Assembly: GCA_951406725.2 (NCBI GenBank)
Contig: OX597824.1
Coordinates: forward strand, 18,414,001 to 18,478,000
Source of the DNA: Octopus vulgaris
Taxonomy: Eukaryota
Length of the DNA stretch: 64,000 bases
Direction: 5' to 3'
The notes beneath the pieces are model-generated. The model was given only the letters and a program-made list of their open reading frames with translations. It was not told the DNA's origin and ran no database searches. This document shows, in pieces, positions 27,886 to 42,259 of the stretch (within the stretch, counting starts at the first letter, position 1; each line of letters opens with the position of its first letter). The translations under genes were made by a program, and so were the position numbers.

Positions 27886-28413
27886 TATTCTGTTGAAATT
27901 AGACAACACAAAAATTACGAATATTGGTTTCCCACAAAACTGGGAAACCTATAGAAAGTTTTTCTTCCAAAGTAGTTCAAAAAAGCAGTTCAAAAATTCC
28001 AATTCCCACCCCCATTCGGGGGAGGGGCACGAAAATAGTCTGGCAGGACTATATATAGTCACGTAAATAAAAAGCCACAGTGGCTAACAGTTCAACGGTA
28101 AGAAATTATTCAATTATTTCCCGGTAAAACCGGAGAACAAGACAGTTCAGCAACGTTTAAAGGCAAATTTTCAGTAGTAGGAATTCAACAATTAACAACA
28201 CAGCAAAACTCTTACCGGGAAGAAAACGCGTCCAAACCGTAGTACGGTAGGCAAAGTCACTCTTCTGTCAGTGAGGTTAGCAAGCTACTTACCACACAGC
28301 CACTCCTGCGCCTAGTATTTCTGTCTATTATTTCTGTATATTTATGCCTCAGGCTTACTTATCCCACAGTCATAAGAATACTTAATATCTTAATATTGAT
28401 TCATGGAAAGTGG

Positions 28414-28850
28414 AAGGCGGCGAGCTGGCAGAAACGTTAGCGCGCCGGGCGAAATGCGTAGCCGTATTTCGTCTGCCGTTACGTTCTGAGTTCATATTCC
28501 GCCGAGGTCGACTTTGCCTTTCATCATTTCGGGGATCGATAAATTAAGTACCAGTTACGCACTAGGGTTGATGTAATCGACTGAATCCCTTCTCCTGTCC
28601 TTGTTTGTTCCCTCTATGTTTAGCCCCTTGTGGGCAATAAAGAAATAAGAAACATTAGCACGCCGAGCGAAGCGCTTTGCGGTATTTCGTCTGTTTTTAC
28701 GGTCTGAGTTCAAATTCCGCCGAGGTCAAATTTGTCTTTCATCCTTTCGGGGTCGATAAATTAAGTATCAGCTGCGCACTGGGGTCGATCTAATCGACTG
28801 GTCCCCTACCCCAAAATTTCGGACCTTGTACCTAGAGTAAAAAATAATAT
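28414..28850 (+). mobile_element. SINE family B dimer with two different 3' tails
   Basis: Two monomers in tandem; flanking TATTGATTCATG direct repeat (TSD). Confidence 0.85.
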
Positions 28851-29071
28851 TATTGATTCATGAAAATAACATATTACATTGTATCGTATATCATACATAT
28901 GTGTGTATAAAAATATACAGAAAATTTGGAGGTTTCGGGACATAAGAAATAATTGCATTTCGTTTATAGGTGCTGGTATTTTCTTTAATTCAGAACAATT
29001 CTTTAATTCCAAACGATTTCGCTACATTTCAGCCACTGCTATCATGTTTTAGTTAAATACTACATCAAGGA

Positions 29072-29265
29072 CTCAATTCTGGGAAGAGGGTATTTTCAGG
29101 TTAAAGGAAAGATGGAGACACATTGTGCAACAAAATGGTTCATATTTGGTTGATTAAAAATGTAATGGCTAGTATTTATTGAACTTTTTCTTTCCTTTAA
29201 AAATCGGCACGAACTTTTCGGACAACCCAATATATATTCGGTTATATGTGCCTTATAAATAAATT
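29072..29265 (+). repeat. Direct duplicate of the mariner right end plus flank (copy of 29803-29996)
   Basis: Near-identical over about 194 bp, including about 35 bp beyond the TIR. Confidence 0.9.
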
Positions 29266-29395
29266 AAAAGGAGGGTAGGATGTCGCTTCTAGAATGACAT
29301 GCTATCACGTAAATGAGCTGAGATTTTCCATTGGCTTGTTCATGAAAAGATCACGTTTGAACTCAAGAGTTGATCGCTCATTACTTCGGGATGAA

Positions 29396-29961
29396 TTAGG
29401 CTGTCCGGAAAGTTTGTGCCGATTTATTGTAGCTTATATTTCGACTTATTTTAGAACATGGTTGAGTCCATAAAATAGGATTTGACTACACCTCCATTTA
29501 GAGCACAGTTTAAGCTATCTTTTCGTGGAAGAAGGTTTATGTTCCCATAACCTGTGTTAATTCTGTAACCCTTTAAAATGAAAGATAAGAAAGTTCATTT
29601 TCGGCACTTGATGTTTTGGGAACCAGACAAAAATTGCTGCAGCTCGGCCGGGATGTGTTACCCCGCCCTCCATATTCACCAGATATTGCTCCTTCGGATT
29701 AACATTTATTCAGGTTTCTGCAGAATAGTCTTAATGGTAAAAATTTCAATTCCTTGGATGACGTAAAAAGATACCTCGATGAATTCTTTTCCATGAAACC
29801 ACCTCAATTCTAGGAAGAGGGTATTTTCAGGTTAAAGGAAAGATGGAGACACATTGTGCAACAAAATGGTTCATATTTGGTTGATTAAAAATGTAATGGC
29901 TAGTATTTATTGAACTTTTTCTTTCCTTTAAAAATCGGCACGAACTTTTCGGACAACCCAA
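29396..29961 (+). mobile_element. Internally deleted mariner (non-autonomous)
   Basis: Imperfect TIRs similar to TTGGGTTGTCCGGAAAGTTCGTGCCGATTT; N-terminal MKDKKVHFRHLM fused to the PPYSPDIAPSD C-terminus. Confidence 0.9.
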
Positions 29962-30532
29962 TATATATTCGGTTATATGTGCCGTATAAATAAATTGTTC
30001 AGATCGGGTTATTTCATCCAATTTTAGAAACACTACCATTGCGCCGCCGCTGACTGAGTAATCACAGAATCAACAAAACAAACAAAGTGGTTTACACCAA
30101 CTGACCATTTAACGCCTAGTTTTCCAACTTACATTGATCTTAACTGTCTGTTGTAATTACAAACATTTTGAAATGTCGAAGCCACGTTTCCTGTATTCTA
30201 AATAACTGGCTTATGCAAACAAACCTGTTCATAATACGATTGACATTCTTGGGGACATTCAAACCATTTATTATTAAACTTTTTGCAGAAGGCATAGATG
30301 AGTTACAAAATATATTGTGAATTGAAAAAATCTGTTTTAGAATTAATTTTACGCTAACCTAAGTGTATTGTCATCCAGCTTCATCCTTATATGCTCATAT
30401 AACATTGTAACATTTTAGAATAAAATGTTGTGCCCCGAAATATATACATAGATACAAATGCATCTGTATGCAAATCTTTCTGTATATATGTATCTGTGTG
30501 TGTCGTTCTGTATGTATCCTTATATACGTGTT

Positions 30533-30914
30533 GGAGACGCAATGGCCCAATGGTTAGGGCAGCGGACTCGTGGTCATAGGATCGCGGTTTCGATCCCAGA
30601 CCGGGCGTTGTGAGTGTTTATTGAGCGAAAACACCTAAAGCTCCACGAGGCTCCGGCAGGGGAAGGTGGTGATCCCTGCTGTACTCTTTCACCGCAACTT
30701 TCTCTCACTCTTACTTCCTGTTTCTGTTGTACCTGTATTTCAAAGGGCCGGCCTTGTCACTTTCTATGTCATGCTGAATATCACCGAGAACTACGTTAAG
30801 GGTACACGTGTCTGTGGAGTGCTCAGCCACTTACACGTTGATTTCACGAGCAGGCTGTTCCGTTGATTCGGATCAACCGGAACCCTCGTCGTCGTAACCG
30901 ACGGAGTGTTTCCA
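30533..30914 (+). mobile_element. SINE family C
   Basis: Full copy with TSD TTATATACGTGT; followed by a family-A head at about 30955-31120. Confidence 0.9.
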
Positions 30915-32198
30915 TTATATACGTGTCTGTCTGTCTGTGTCTGCGCTTATGTGTAGGCGCAGGCGTGGTTGTGTGGTAAGAAAATTGCTTCCCTATGGTT
31001 CTACATGGTTCAATCCCACTCTGTGGTACCTTGGTCAAGTGTTTTCTACTATGATCGCAGACCGACCAAAGCTTTGAGAGTAGATTTTGTAGGCGGAAAC
31101 TGAATGAAGACCGTTGCATATATATATATATATATATATAAGAAATATTGAGTTTCTAAATCTCTCGTAGAGAGGTGTACGGTGGTGGAGCGATATAATG
31201 GTTGTATACTGTCAATCTAACAAGAACGTGACAGTAGGGGGTACACCACCGTTATATAGCCCTAGGAGGCATCGAACGCCTCCTGAGGAGGCGTTCCTAT
31301 GAACGCGATCCTATGAACGCGAGTCCTCTGCCCTAACCACTGGGCCATTGCGCCTCCAGCACGTATATAAGGATACATACAGAACGACATACACAGATAC
31401 ATATATACAGAAAGATTTGTATACAGATGCATTTGTATCTATGTATATATTTCGGGGCACAACATTTTATTCTAAAATGTTACAGTTGGCAACACGTGTT
31501 TCATGAGGTACATCCTCGGGTTCCTAAACCACTCCGTGTTTCCCTGGAACCCCTCTCAAAATGTAACCCCAATCAACAGGCCCTTATATCACTTTATCAA
31601 CATTCAATATATAAACCTAGCCATCTGGAGCCTACACAGGTGTATTTAAGGCACACATTTAACCATCTCGCTACAGTCAAAAATTGTGAAGCATCACTGT
31701 CACCACTACTACATGAACCTGAAGATTGCGTAATTTAATGCATGAAAGTACTAGTTCAATCAGAATGAATATTTAACATTCTATTATTTTATTCTATTTT
31801 ATTTTATTATATTATATTATATTATATTATATCATTATAAGATTGTAAATAAAACGTGAAAATCAGACAAGGTTGGAATTCCTTTTATTAATATATAATA
31901 TATATATATATATATATATAACACACAGACACTCAGGCACAGACACACATACACACACACACACACACGCAAAGATATGAATAGTGATATGAGTGTCATA
32001 TGGTGTAGGCATTGCAGTTTGGTTCCTCACTTATCTGAATTACTGTTTTCTGTATTTCGCTCTTTCTTTCTTTCGTTCTCTCGCTAAATGTATACGTAGA
32101 CACACATGAAACATAGATACACACACGCACACTCACACATACATACATACGCACACACACAAAAACATTCTTACATATATATAATTAGATATACCCAC

Positions 32199-32593
32199 CT
32201 TTTTACTCTTTTACTTGTTTCAGTCATGTTTAGTCGAACAAATCGAGCCCCAGGACTTATTCTTTGTAAGCATAGTACTTATTCTATCGGTCACTTTTGC
32301 CGAACCGCTAAGTTACAGGGACATACACACAACAGCATCGGTTGTCAAGCGATGTTGGAGGGGCGGCCAAACACAGACAGACAAACATATACACAAACAT
32401 ACATATATATATATATATACATACATGTATACGACGGGCTTCTTTCAGTTTCCGTCTACCAAATCCACTCACAAGGCTTTGGTCGCCCCGAGGCTATAGT
32501 AGAAGACACTTGCCCAAGGTGCCACGCAGTGGGACTGAACCCGGAACCATGTGGTTCATAAGCAAGCTACTTACCACACAGCCACTCCTGCGC

Positions 32594-32595
<2 letters not shown>
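32199..32595 (-). mobile_element. SINE family A
   Basis: Match to family-A copies. Confidence 0.88.
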
Positions 32596-32633
<38 letters not shown>

Positions 32634-33256
32634 TTGTATAAACGCATATAATAGATATATGGTATATACGTGCATGCGCGTGTGTGTGTTTGCGTGTGGA
32701 GTGAAAGGCTGAGAGAGTGAGAGAGAGATATACAGAGAAACAGAGGAACAGAGAGAGAGAGAATGTAGGCGAGACAGCTATCTGGTTAGAGAGGTAGGGA
32801 GATTGATGGAGAAATATAATATATAAAGTGCAACTTGCAAATGTTCTGTAATTAGTGAATGTACCGATGACATATTTCCTGTCAGATAACATTTATTTAA
32901 ATTACAGCTTGAGTATCCATCTTGACTACGATTTTTCTTCCATCAGAAATGTATTTCTTTTTTCTTATTCAGAATATGTATATGTGTATCTGGGTGTGTT
33001 TTTATATGTGTGGGAGTGTTTGTGTGTGCGTGTGTAAGTTTGTATGTGTGGGAATGTGCTGTGATTTTGTATGTCTGTTTATATATATATATTTATGTAT
33101 ATGTGTATACACACAGACATGCATCTTTGTGCAGCGATGTTGATACATATATGCGCATATGCATCCGTGTATATCTGTATGAATGTGAGCGTATATACAT
33201 TTACAATATACACATATATGTATGTAGATATATACAATCCATACACGCATACATAC

Positions 33257-33293
<37 letters not shown>

Positions 33294-33351
33294 CATACAT
33301 ACATACATACATACATACATACATACATACATACATACATACATACATACA

Positions 33352-33517
33352 AGGCGTAGGAGTGGCTGTGTAGTAAAAAGCTTGCTTGCCAACCACATGG
33401 TTCTGGGTTCAGTCTTACTGCGTGGCACCTTGGACAAGTGTCCTCTGCTATAGCCTCGGGCCCACCAAAGACTTGTGCGTGGGGATCTGGTGGCCGGAAA
33501 CAGAAGGAAGCCCGTCG

Positions 33518-33556
<39 letters not shown>

Positions 33557-33790
33557 TTGTGTGTTTGTGTGTGTAAGTACGTGTTTGTTGTCTGTGTCTG
33601 TGTTTGTCACACCCACCATCGCTTGGCAACCGATGCTGGTGTCTACGTCCCCGTCACTTAGCCGTTCGACAAAAAGAGACGAATAGAATAAGTACTAGTC
33701 TTACATAGAATAAGTCCCGGGATCGATTTAACTCGACTAAAGGTAGTGCTCCAGTATGACCGTAGTCAAATGACTGAAACGGGTAAAAGA

Positions 33791-33792
<2 letters not shown>
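33352..33792 (+). mobile_element. SINE family A
   Basis: Match to family-A copies. Confidence 0.85.
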
Positions 33793-33841
<49 letters not shown>

Positions 33842-33985
33842 ATATATATTATATATATATGCAGCACGGATTTTGTCGCGGAATTTAGCGACGAAAATAT
33901 TTTGACAAATTGAACTTAAATGTTGAAGTGAATCGAACGGCTTTTGTGTGTTTCTTAAATGGCTTACAAACACCTTCCACGCTGC

Positions 33986-34022
<37 letters not shown>

Positions 34023-34599
34023 CGATATATATATGATGTGTGTGCGCGCGCGTATTCTATATGAACAGCTAATTGTGAGTGAAATGGTCTAAATCACAAA
34101 GTCATCTCTCAGTGAACCAGTGAAGAACCCCACGTACTGTTTTGTATTGCTCTTTATATACAATTCCTTTCTTACATGGGAATAACATTTTATCAGTTCT
34201 GGAATGCTTGGGAGTACATGGTCTAAGATTTATATTTACAAATGTCAGTGAGTGCTACGTGCGATGATCATCTGCGCCGGATGGATTGAAGTCATATCTG
34301 TTAGAATTGAGAACAAGGTCAGCTCCAATGCACATGTCGTCCAACAAAGCTCCGCAACTTGTCATGTATTAGACTTATTTTTCCACACGGATTAAACTCA
34401 TGTCAAGGAACTACGATTAAACAATCAGATGGTTTATCATGCTAACTTTCTGTAAGAACTGCGGTTGACCATCGACTGCGGCCTCGAGCTCAAAAAGGAC
34501 AAAATAGGAAGGCATTTGGTCAATATGTCGGCTCAATTTACATTTGTGGTTGCCATAATAAAGACTGGTATTTTCTAATAGGTTACCACGTGGCGTCGG

Positions 34600-34892
34600 G
34601 ATTGCTGGCATTGTTTCAGTTACGACGATAAGGGATCCAGTGGATCGAATCAAAGGAACAGCTCGCTCGTGAAATTAACGCACAAATGGCTGAGTACTCC
34701 ACAGGCACGCGTAGAGAGATGCACCGTATCACAGAATGTGACAAGGCTGGTCCTTTAAAATACTGGTACCAATATTTCGTGAGCTGAGATGACTGGCGCA
34801 GAGGGAAACAAGCTCGAGGACATAACGCGAATCGAACGCACGATATTACGATCGTGAGACGAAATCCCTAGCCACTAAGCCAGGCGCCTTCA
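34600..34892 (-). mobile_element. Diverged CORE-type SINE with family-C 3' part
   Basis: GGAACAG..GCTCGTGAAATTAACG body shared with family C; degenerate tRNA head. Confidence 0.65.
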
Positions 34893-35105
34893 GTGCGTCA
34901 GGATACGGAAATGAGAGGTGGCTTAGAAAGAGAGAGGAAACAGTGAAAGGAAAAGAAATCATAACCTTCTCTTAAGATGGACAGAATCCTTCGACGACAC
35001 AGTAAGTGACGTTAGTGTGTGAATGAAAGGACGAAGCAAGCAATCTATAATGAAATGTAGCAAAATAGAAAATGATTTTGAACAAAGAATTACAGTTATG
35101 TATAC

Positions 35106-35311
35106 GCGTAGGAGTGGCTGTGGGGTAAGTAGCTTGCTTACCAGCCACATGGTTCCGGGTTCAGTCCCACTGCGTGGCACCTTGGGCAAATGTCTTCTAC
35201 TATAGCCTCGGGCCGACCAAAGCCTTGTGAGTGGATTTGCTAGACGTATATATGTATATGTATATATATATGTATATATAAAAGTGTGTATATATGTATA
35301 TATAAAAGTCG

Positions 35312-35379
<68 letters not shown>

Positions 35380-35598
35380 TGTGTGTTTGTGTGTGTGTGT
35401 TTGTTCTCCTCAACATCGATTGACAACCGATGCTGGTATGTTTACGTTCCCGTAATTTAGCGGTTCTGCAAGAGAGACCGATAGAATAAGTACTAGGCTT
35501 AGAGAGAATAAGTCCTGGGCTCGATTTGCTCGACTAAAGGCGGTGCTCCGGCATGGCCGCAGTCAAATGACTGAATCAAGTAAAAGAGTAAAAGAGTA
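35106..35598 (+). mobile_element. SINE family A
   Basis: Match to family-A copies. Confidence 0.88.
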
Positions 35599-36038
35599 TA
35601 GAAAGTAACTAAATTAATAAATGTATTTTATTTTGCGTGTAATACAAATCAACAGAAATTCGTTTTGTGACGTGATATTTCGGGTTAAAAACCACTTTTG
35701 CGGGGTTTTCTTTTTAATGTTACCCGGTAAAATCTTCCCGTTTATATCATCAAAGGTCACATGGTAACCGGGTACTTCTTAAAATTTGTCGCTGCTTCGC
35801 AAACGTTAAATCAGTAAGACGTTGGAGTAAACGTAGAATATCGTGTGAGCTTCGGTAACATAAACAATGAAATCCTATTAGGATAATTCCAAAATACTTA
35901 CCTCTCTTCACTCCATTTTAGAAAATGATTGTCTGGCATTCTATGGCTTATTCTTTTATTCATAACTAAATTTAACAATATGCTATGCAATTCAAACAAA
36001 TTTTCTCATTGCATTTATACAAATATGTTTATGCATAT

Positions 36039-36642
<604 letters not shown>

Positions 36643-36745
36643 CGTGTTTGTGTGGTGTGCTGTGTATTTGAGAGTCTATGTGAATATGTATGTATGCGTG
36701 TATGTATGTATATATGCATGTATACAAATATATGTATATACATAG

Positions 36746-36819
<74 letters not shown>

Positions 36820-38363
36820 TGCATGACGGAGACGATGATTAATGCATAAAGCCGAGCAAATACAACATGTATATGTGTGAATAACGTGTGGGTGTATATT
36901 TTTTGTCTTCGTGTTTTGGAGGCAGTCCTAAGATTCCATGTATTCTATTACATGTACATGCATATTCGCATTATTTATAAACAAATGTCTGTATAAACTT
37001 GCGTCATTATATATATATATATATATATGAATGCGTATCTGTCTACACGAGTACGTTTACGCGTCAGTGTGCATGCGCGTGTTTGAGTGCATGTTAGCGT
37101 GTGTATGCGAACGCCTGCGTTTTTGTATAGCCGTATCCATGTTGAAGATGTTTGTATAGAAATTAAGCGCATAGGAAGATTGGTGTTTAAGAGAAACGAG
37201 ATTCATCGGAATTAACAAGAATTCAATTTATTTCCGTTCTCTGTTGGAAACATAGATGTGTTCCCTATTATTTCTGATCTACTTGAACTTTGAAAATATT
37301 CTCTAATTCAATCATTAATTCCGAACATGTGACACCCTCTTTCGTTCTCTATTAAGCTATACGCTGTTAAATTTCTATGATATTCATGTAATCATTATTC
37401 ATTCTATTTTCAAATAGATTTCTTATTATCAAATAAATGACAAGGTCTTTCAAATTTAATTACCAAAGTGATTTTTTCAGAAACGAATTCTTTTATTATC
37501 GATAAGATTTCTTTAAAATTTTTACAAAACATTTTATGTAAATCAAAAGTTTAATATCAATTATCAATATTTAAATTTGTTCGGAGAAAGGTTAACATTT
37601 ATCTAACAATAAAACTTATTTGATATGATGCCTCGTTTGTCACAGTAATATCTAAATAAGTTTCAATTATCACGTAATTTAAATAACATAAATGTATAAT
37701 GGAGAAAAAAAAATGTCTCCTTATCGCCCTTCTAACTCAATTAACAACGTACCAAGTCATTTTAATGAATGTTAATGAACGTTAATATTCTAAACAGAAA
37801 TAAAATGATTAACAAAACTCATTTGATAATCTATTTTACAGACTTCATTCTTTAAATGTATGTAATTTACATTTATAGACAAACATCACTGAGGATGAAG
37901 GATTGGTTTCGAACAGCCTAAAATCATAAACTAGTTTCAAATCTCTGTCGCTGTTTTATTAATAATCGTAGTTTTGTTCTCATCGATATTGACCTATTGC
38001 CAGTGCTTTGAAAGGGATATAATCTCAGTTAAGCATTTCCTGTTGTGACACGGTAACAAATACTTTTAAAAATCATTAAAATTTGAATAAAGTGATCGTT
38101 GGTTTTGTCGTGTTATCTGCTTCTATGCAGTTAAAATATAAAAGGAAATGTCGGGCTGCTTAGAACAAAGAAAATAATTATAATTTTGAGCTGACTTATT
38201 TATTGCTCCTCACCCCAGAGTATTTCACTGAAGGTGCACTTTTTCGATGAAGTCCCAAGTCTGGCTAAACTCGTAGATTTTTCTCGCACCGCGTCACACT
38301 TATATGTTTCGGTATTTTCTTGTATGTCAAGGAACTTTATAAAATATCAAATTCACAGTTGAT

Positions 38364-38792
38364 AGGCGCAGAAGTGGCTGTGTGGTAAGTAGCTTGTTTA
38401 CCAACCACATGGTTCCGGGTTCAGTCCCACTGCGTAGCACCTTGGGCAAGTGTCTTCTACTATAGCCTCGGGCCGACCAAAGCCTAGTGAGTGGATTTGG
38501 TAGACGGAAACTGAAAGAAGCCCTGTCGTATATATGTATATATATATATATATGTATGTATGTGTGTGTGTATGTTTGTGCGTATGTGTTTGTCCCCCAA
38601 CATCGCTTGACAATCGATGCTGTTGTGTTTACGTCCCCGTAACTTAGCGGTTCGGCAAAAGAGACGGATAGAATAAGTACTAGGCTTCCAAAGAATAAGT
38701 CCTGGGGTCAAATTCTTCGACTAAAGGCGGTGCTCCAGCATGGCCGCAGTCAAATGACTGAAACGAATAAAAGAGTAAAAGAGTAAAGAGAG
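38364..38792 (+). mobile_element. SINE family A
   Basis: Match to family-A copies. Confidence 0.9.
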
Positions 38793-39406
38793 TTGGTTTA
38801 AGTTAATATGATACCGATACAGTTGCGAAACGTTAATCTCAAACAATTAAATGTGACCAAAACTTTCCACATTTCTCTTCTATTTTAACGGTTCTCCATC
38901 CAATATATATGTTTAAACTGGTATAACTTGACACCGGAAATAAGCACAAGCGCTATGGAGAGCTAAGATGTTTAAAGTTTCTGTAATCTATACTTTACTA
39001 AAAGTAATTTGCATCTTGAATTATAGCTGTATAAAAACTCATCATCTACTATACAAAGCTTCCAAGTTGACAATTCTTATATTTTGGTTTTAACAAACCT
39101 ATTGTCTTATTTTTGCTTCCTCAGTCGTTTTCAAACTTGTCTTGAATGTTCTACTCACGATTTCAACGGCATTTCTGAGTGAGTAATGGGACTGACAGCT
39201 TGTAGGGCTGTCTTTGACTTTGGTCATAGTTTAGGTAGATTGTGGCCTTATTGTATCCACACAACAAGCGTATCACCATTTTCTGAATTTTTAAACACAG
39301 CACGATTAAGACTATTTTCTGCATGCTAGAGCGCTTTTATTAAACGACACGTTTTGATATATACATACATATACATACACACATATATATATGTATATAT
39401 ATATAG

Positions 39407-39459
<53 letters not shown>

Positions 39460-39475
39460 CACACACACACACACT

Positions 39476-39507
<32 letters not shown>

Positions 39508-39577
39508 CATAAACATACACACACACATATATATACATATATACATATACATATACATACATACACACATATATATA

Positions 39578-39841
39578 TGCCCCTCTCTATACATCGGGCA
39601 AAGAGGACGCTGCTTGGCTGACTGGTTCGCGGAACACCTCCGAGACATCCGACTCGGCAATGCCACCTCGATCTTTAGCCATTTCCGCTCTACCAGTCAC
39701 TCTTTGCAACACCTGTCTATGTTTGGATTGTCCTTGCACAGGGACCATCCGGACTCCCGTTTGCGCAGTGAACAGGGTTTAATCTTCTCTCTTCGCTCCT
39801 TTGCGCCACTTGGGCTCAACTCTCCTCCCCTCTTCATGTAA
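39578..39841 (+). pseudogene. Penelope-like element GIY-YIG endonuclease C-terminal remnant
   Basis: In-frame translation CPSLYIGQRGRCLADWFAEHLRDI...SHF...RLRSEQGLIFSLRSFAPLGLN carries the YIG, EH, E and GLN motifs; followed by a C/T-rich tract. Confidence 0.82.
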
Positions 39842-40159
39842 CCTCCTTCCCTCTCTTCTCTCCTCCTCACACCTACTTCCTCCCACCCACCTCTCCTCTC
39901 TTGCTCCGACTTCTAATTCTCTTCACTCCTGCTCTCCGTCTCTCTTCTCTTCACTGCTACTCACTTTCTCCCTTCCCCCTTCATCGTCACCCCTCCCTCG
40001 TAACCCAACCCCACCCTACACAATCCAACCCCACCTTCGCTCTCCATCCCATCCCACGCCACCCCTTCCTTTACACCTACTCCCACATACCCCACCTCTA
40101 TCCCCATCCGCAGCCTACCTACATATCCCACCTCTAACCCTACCCTCATTCGTTGAAAA

Positions 40160-40665
40160 AATCGACGCCAGAAATTATTTTTTTAAGCCTAGTACTTATT
40201 TTATCAGTCTCTTATGTCGAACAGGTAAGTTACGGAGTCGTAAACACACCAACACCGGTTGTAAAGCGATTGTGGTAGTGGTGGTGGTGGTGGGGACAAA
40301 CACAGACTCAAAGACGCACACACATACACGCACATGTATGTGTGTGTATATACATATATATATGTATGTATAAAAAATATATATAAAAATACAAAATGGG
40401 ACAAGAACGCAAAACACTCAAATAGATGACACAAAAAACTGGATCATTCTCGCAATTTCGGCTGATTAATCTTGAGATCGCTCCGATCCGGCCAGCTCCA
40501 TGGAAAAACTAAGCTACGAGCATTAGATTTCTTGGGAAATACATATATATATATATACACGACGGTCTTCTTTCCAGTTTCCGTCTACCAAATCCAATCA
40601 CACGGCTTTGGTTGGTTCGAGGGTTGTAGTAGAAGATGCTTGCCAAGTTACCTGCACCTGTGCCT
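40160..40665 (-). mobile_element. Degenerate SINE family A with a nested insertion at about 40380-40540
   Basis: Diverged match to family A on both sides of a different repeat. Confidence 0.7.
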
Positions 40666-40682
40666 ATATATATATATATATA

Positions 40683-41050
40683 TCTCTATATATAAACGGC
40701 AGTTTGTCTGTGCGTGTTTCTGTGTGTCTGTTTGCTTGTACCCTCACCCTGACCACGGCTTTCAACCGATTCTGATGAAACTTGACACACACATAGCCCA
40801 ATGTCATAATTCAAAACTAACGCAGCGAAAATTTTGAAAAGTTCCCCCAGTTCTGAAAAAAATCAATAAAATCGACATGGGGTCGAGAATCAGAAACAAA
40901 CCACAGTGTCTAGGGGACGCAACTCAACCTTTTTTAACTCAAAAAAAAAATTTACCATAATTTTTTTGCTATTTTTTGGCTATAACTCTCTAAAAATGCT
41001 TTATAGTTATTTCCCTTACACACCTGAGCAACGCCGGGCGATACTGCTAG
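40683..41050 (+). mobile_element. Non-autonomous Helitron
   Basis: 5'-TC start, GC-rich subterminal hairpin, CTAG-3' end, A/T insertion site in (TA)n, no TSD. Confidence 0.8.
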
Positions 41051-42259
41051 TATATATATATATATATATACATACATAAAGGTATATGAAAACCACTTAG
41101 ACACAGAACGAATAAATAACATTAACTGCATAATATCTTACACGATCTTTGAGAATGGTATCCGGAAAGAAGGACGTTCAAAGAATACTTGCAACATCTA
41201 TTTCGCTAAAAAAAAACAAAAAAACACACGATGATGACAGAGTATAGGTGTGACAGTTAAACCGAGTTTCCGATTAATTTTTAGAAAGCTTAATCCGGGA
41301 TAGGCTGCTCCCACTTTCAGCTTTATTAAAACCGAAAATGGGGAGCAGTTGAAATTTCAATCGGGTGGTTATGGTGCCATATCTTCTTAATTTCCCCATG
41401 TTGCAAATGCTCCGCTTATGGATTCACTCCAGAATTGCGTACATGCGAAGCGAACCTCTAAACTCCATAGCATTTTCTATAAATCCATATTCCATAATCG
41501 TTGGTTGAAAGCAAAATATTCAATGAAGTAATTTCACTAAAAATAAGTTTTTAACATGATTTTGTCTTATGTATTGAATACATTTTTTGTGTTAATTTCA
41601 TTGAGATTGACAAAGAACGAAGAGTGCTTTTTAAAGCAAAATTTACTGTTGGAGTCCTTTTTCAATAAACCGAAATAGACAGCCATGCTCGTAGTTGACA
41701 ACAATTCTCAGTGGTTTCTCATACGTAGTAATATATAGTCCCTGAAATCAAATTAGACGAATATCGAAATGACATCAATTTTAAAGTTAAAATTAATATA
41801 ATATTAGAGAACGAATATTAACTTCGAAAGAAGAGTAATTCTAATAGAAAGATAAATGCATCAAACCCAAAATTGAGCGAACTTTTGACGAAATGTTCTT
41901 CAAAATTAATTACATTTCTCTCCTTAAGTCGCCAATCTAATGTATTTTTCTGCTGTTCTCTAATCATCACGCGGTAGTTTTAATGTAGCTGCTCTTTGAA
42001 ATATGGAACTTACAGGTACGTGATAAAAGACGTTTGAAATAAGGAACTACACAGTGAAATATTAATACGTTGTAATAGTTTTTTTGGATTATTAGCAAAC
42101 CAATAGCGGAATGTTCAATCTGGTTTAATCTGTATGATCCAATCGACAGCGGTGAGTTTATGTGGCTACTTGATCGGATAGAAATAGCAGCCACATATCA
42201 ATTGACACCTCATACTATCATCTTTAGAAAATGCATGATCCAATTAACATAGATATATA

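Larger units (their letters stand above)
22838..28274 (-). mobile_element. Full-length L1/Tx1-clade non-LTR retrotransposon, inserted in a SINE
   Basis: ORF1 (CCHC knuckle) plus ORF2 (APE endonuclease, RT, C-terminal zinc finger). Identical 16-bp TSD GGTTAGCAAGCTACTT at 22822-22837 and 28275-28290. The host SINE resumes exactly after the second TSD. Confidence 0.95.
22444..28314 (-). mobile_element. SINE family A split by the Tx1 insertion (22444-22837 plus 28275-28314)
   Basis: The two parts join into a complete copy once the LINE and one TSD are removed. Confidence 0.92.
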
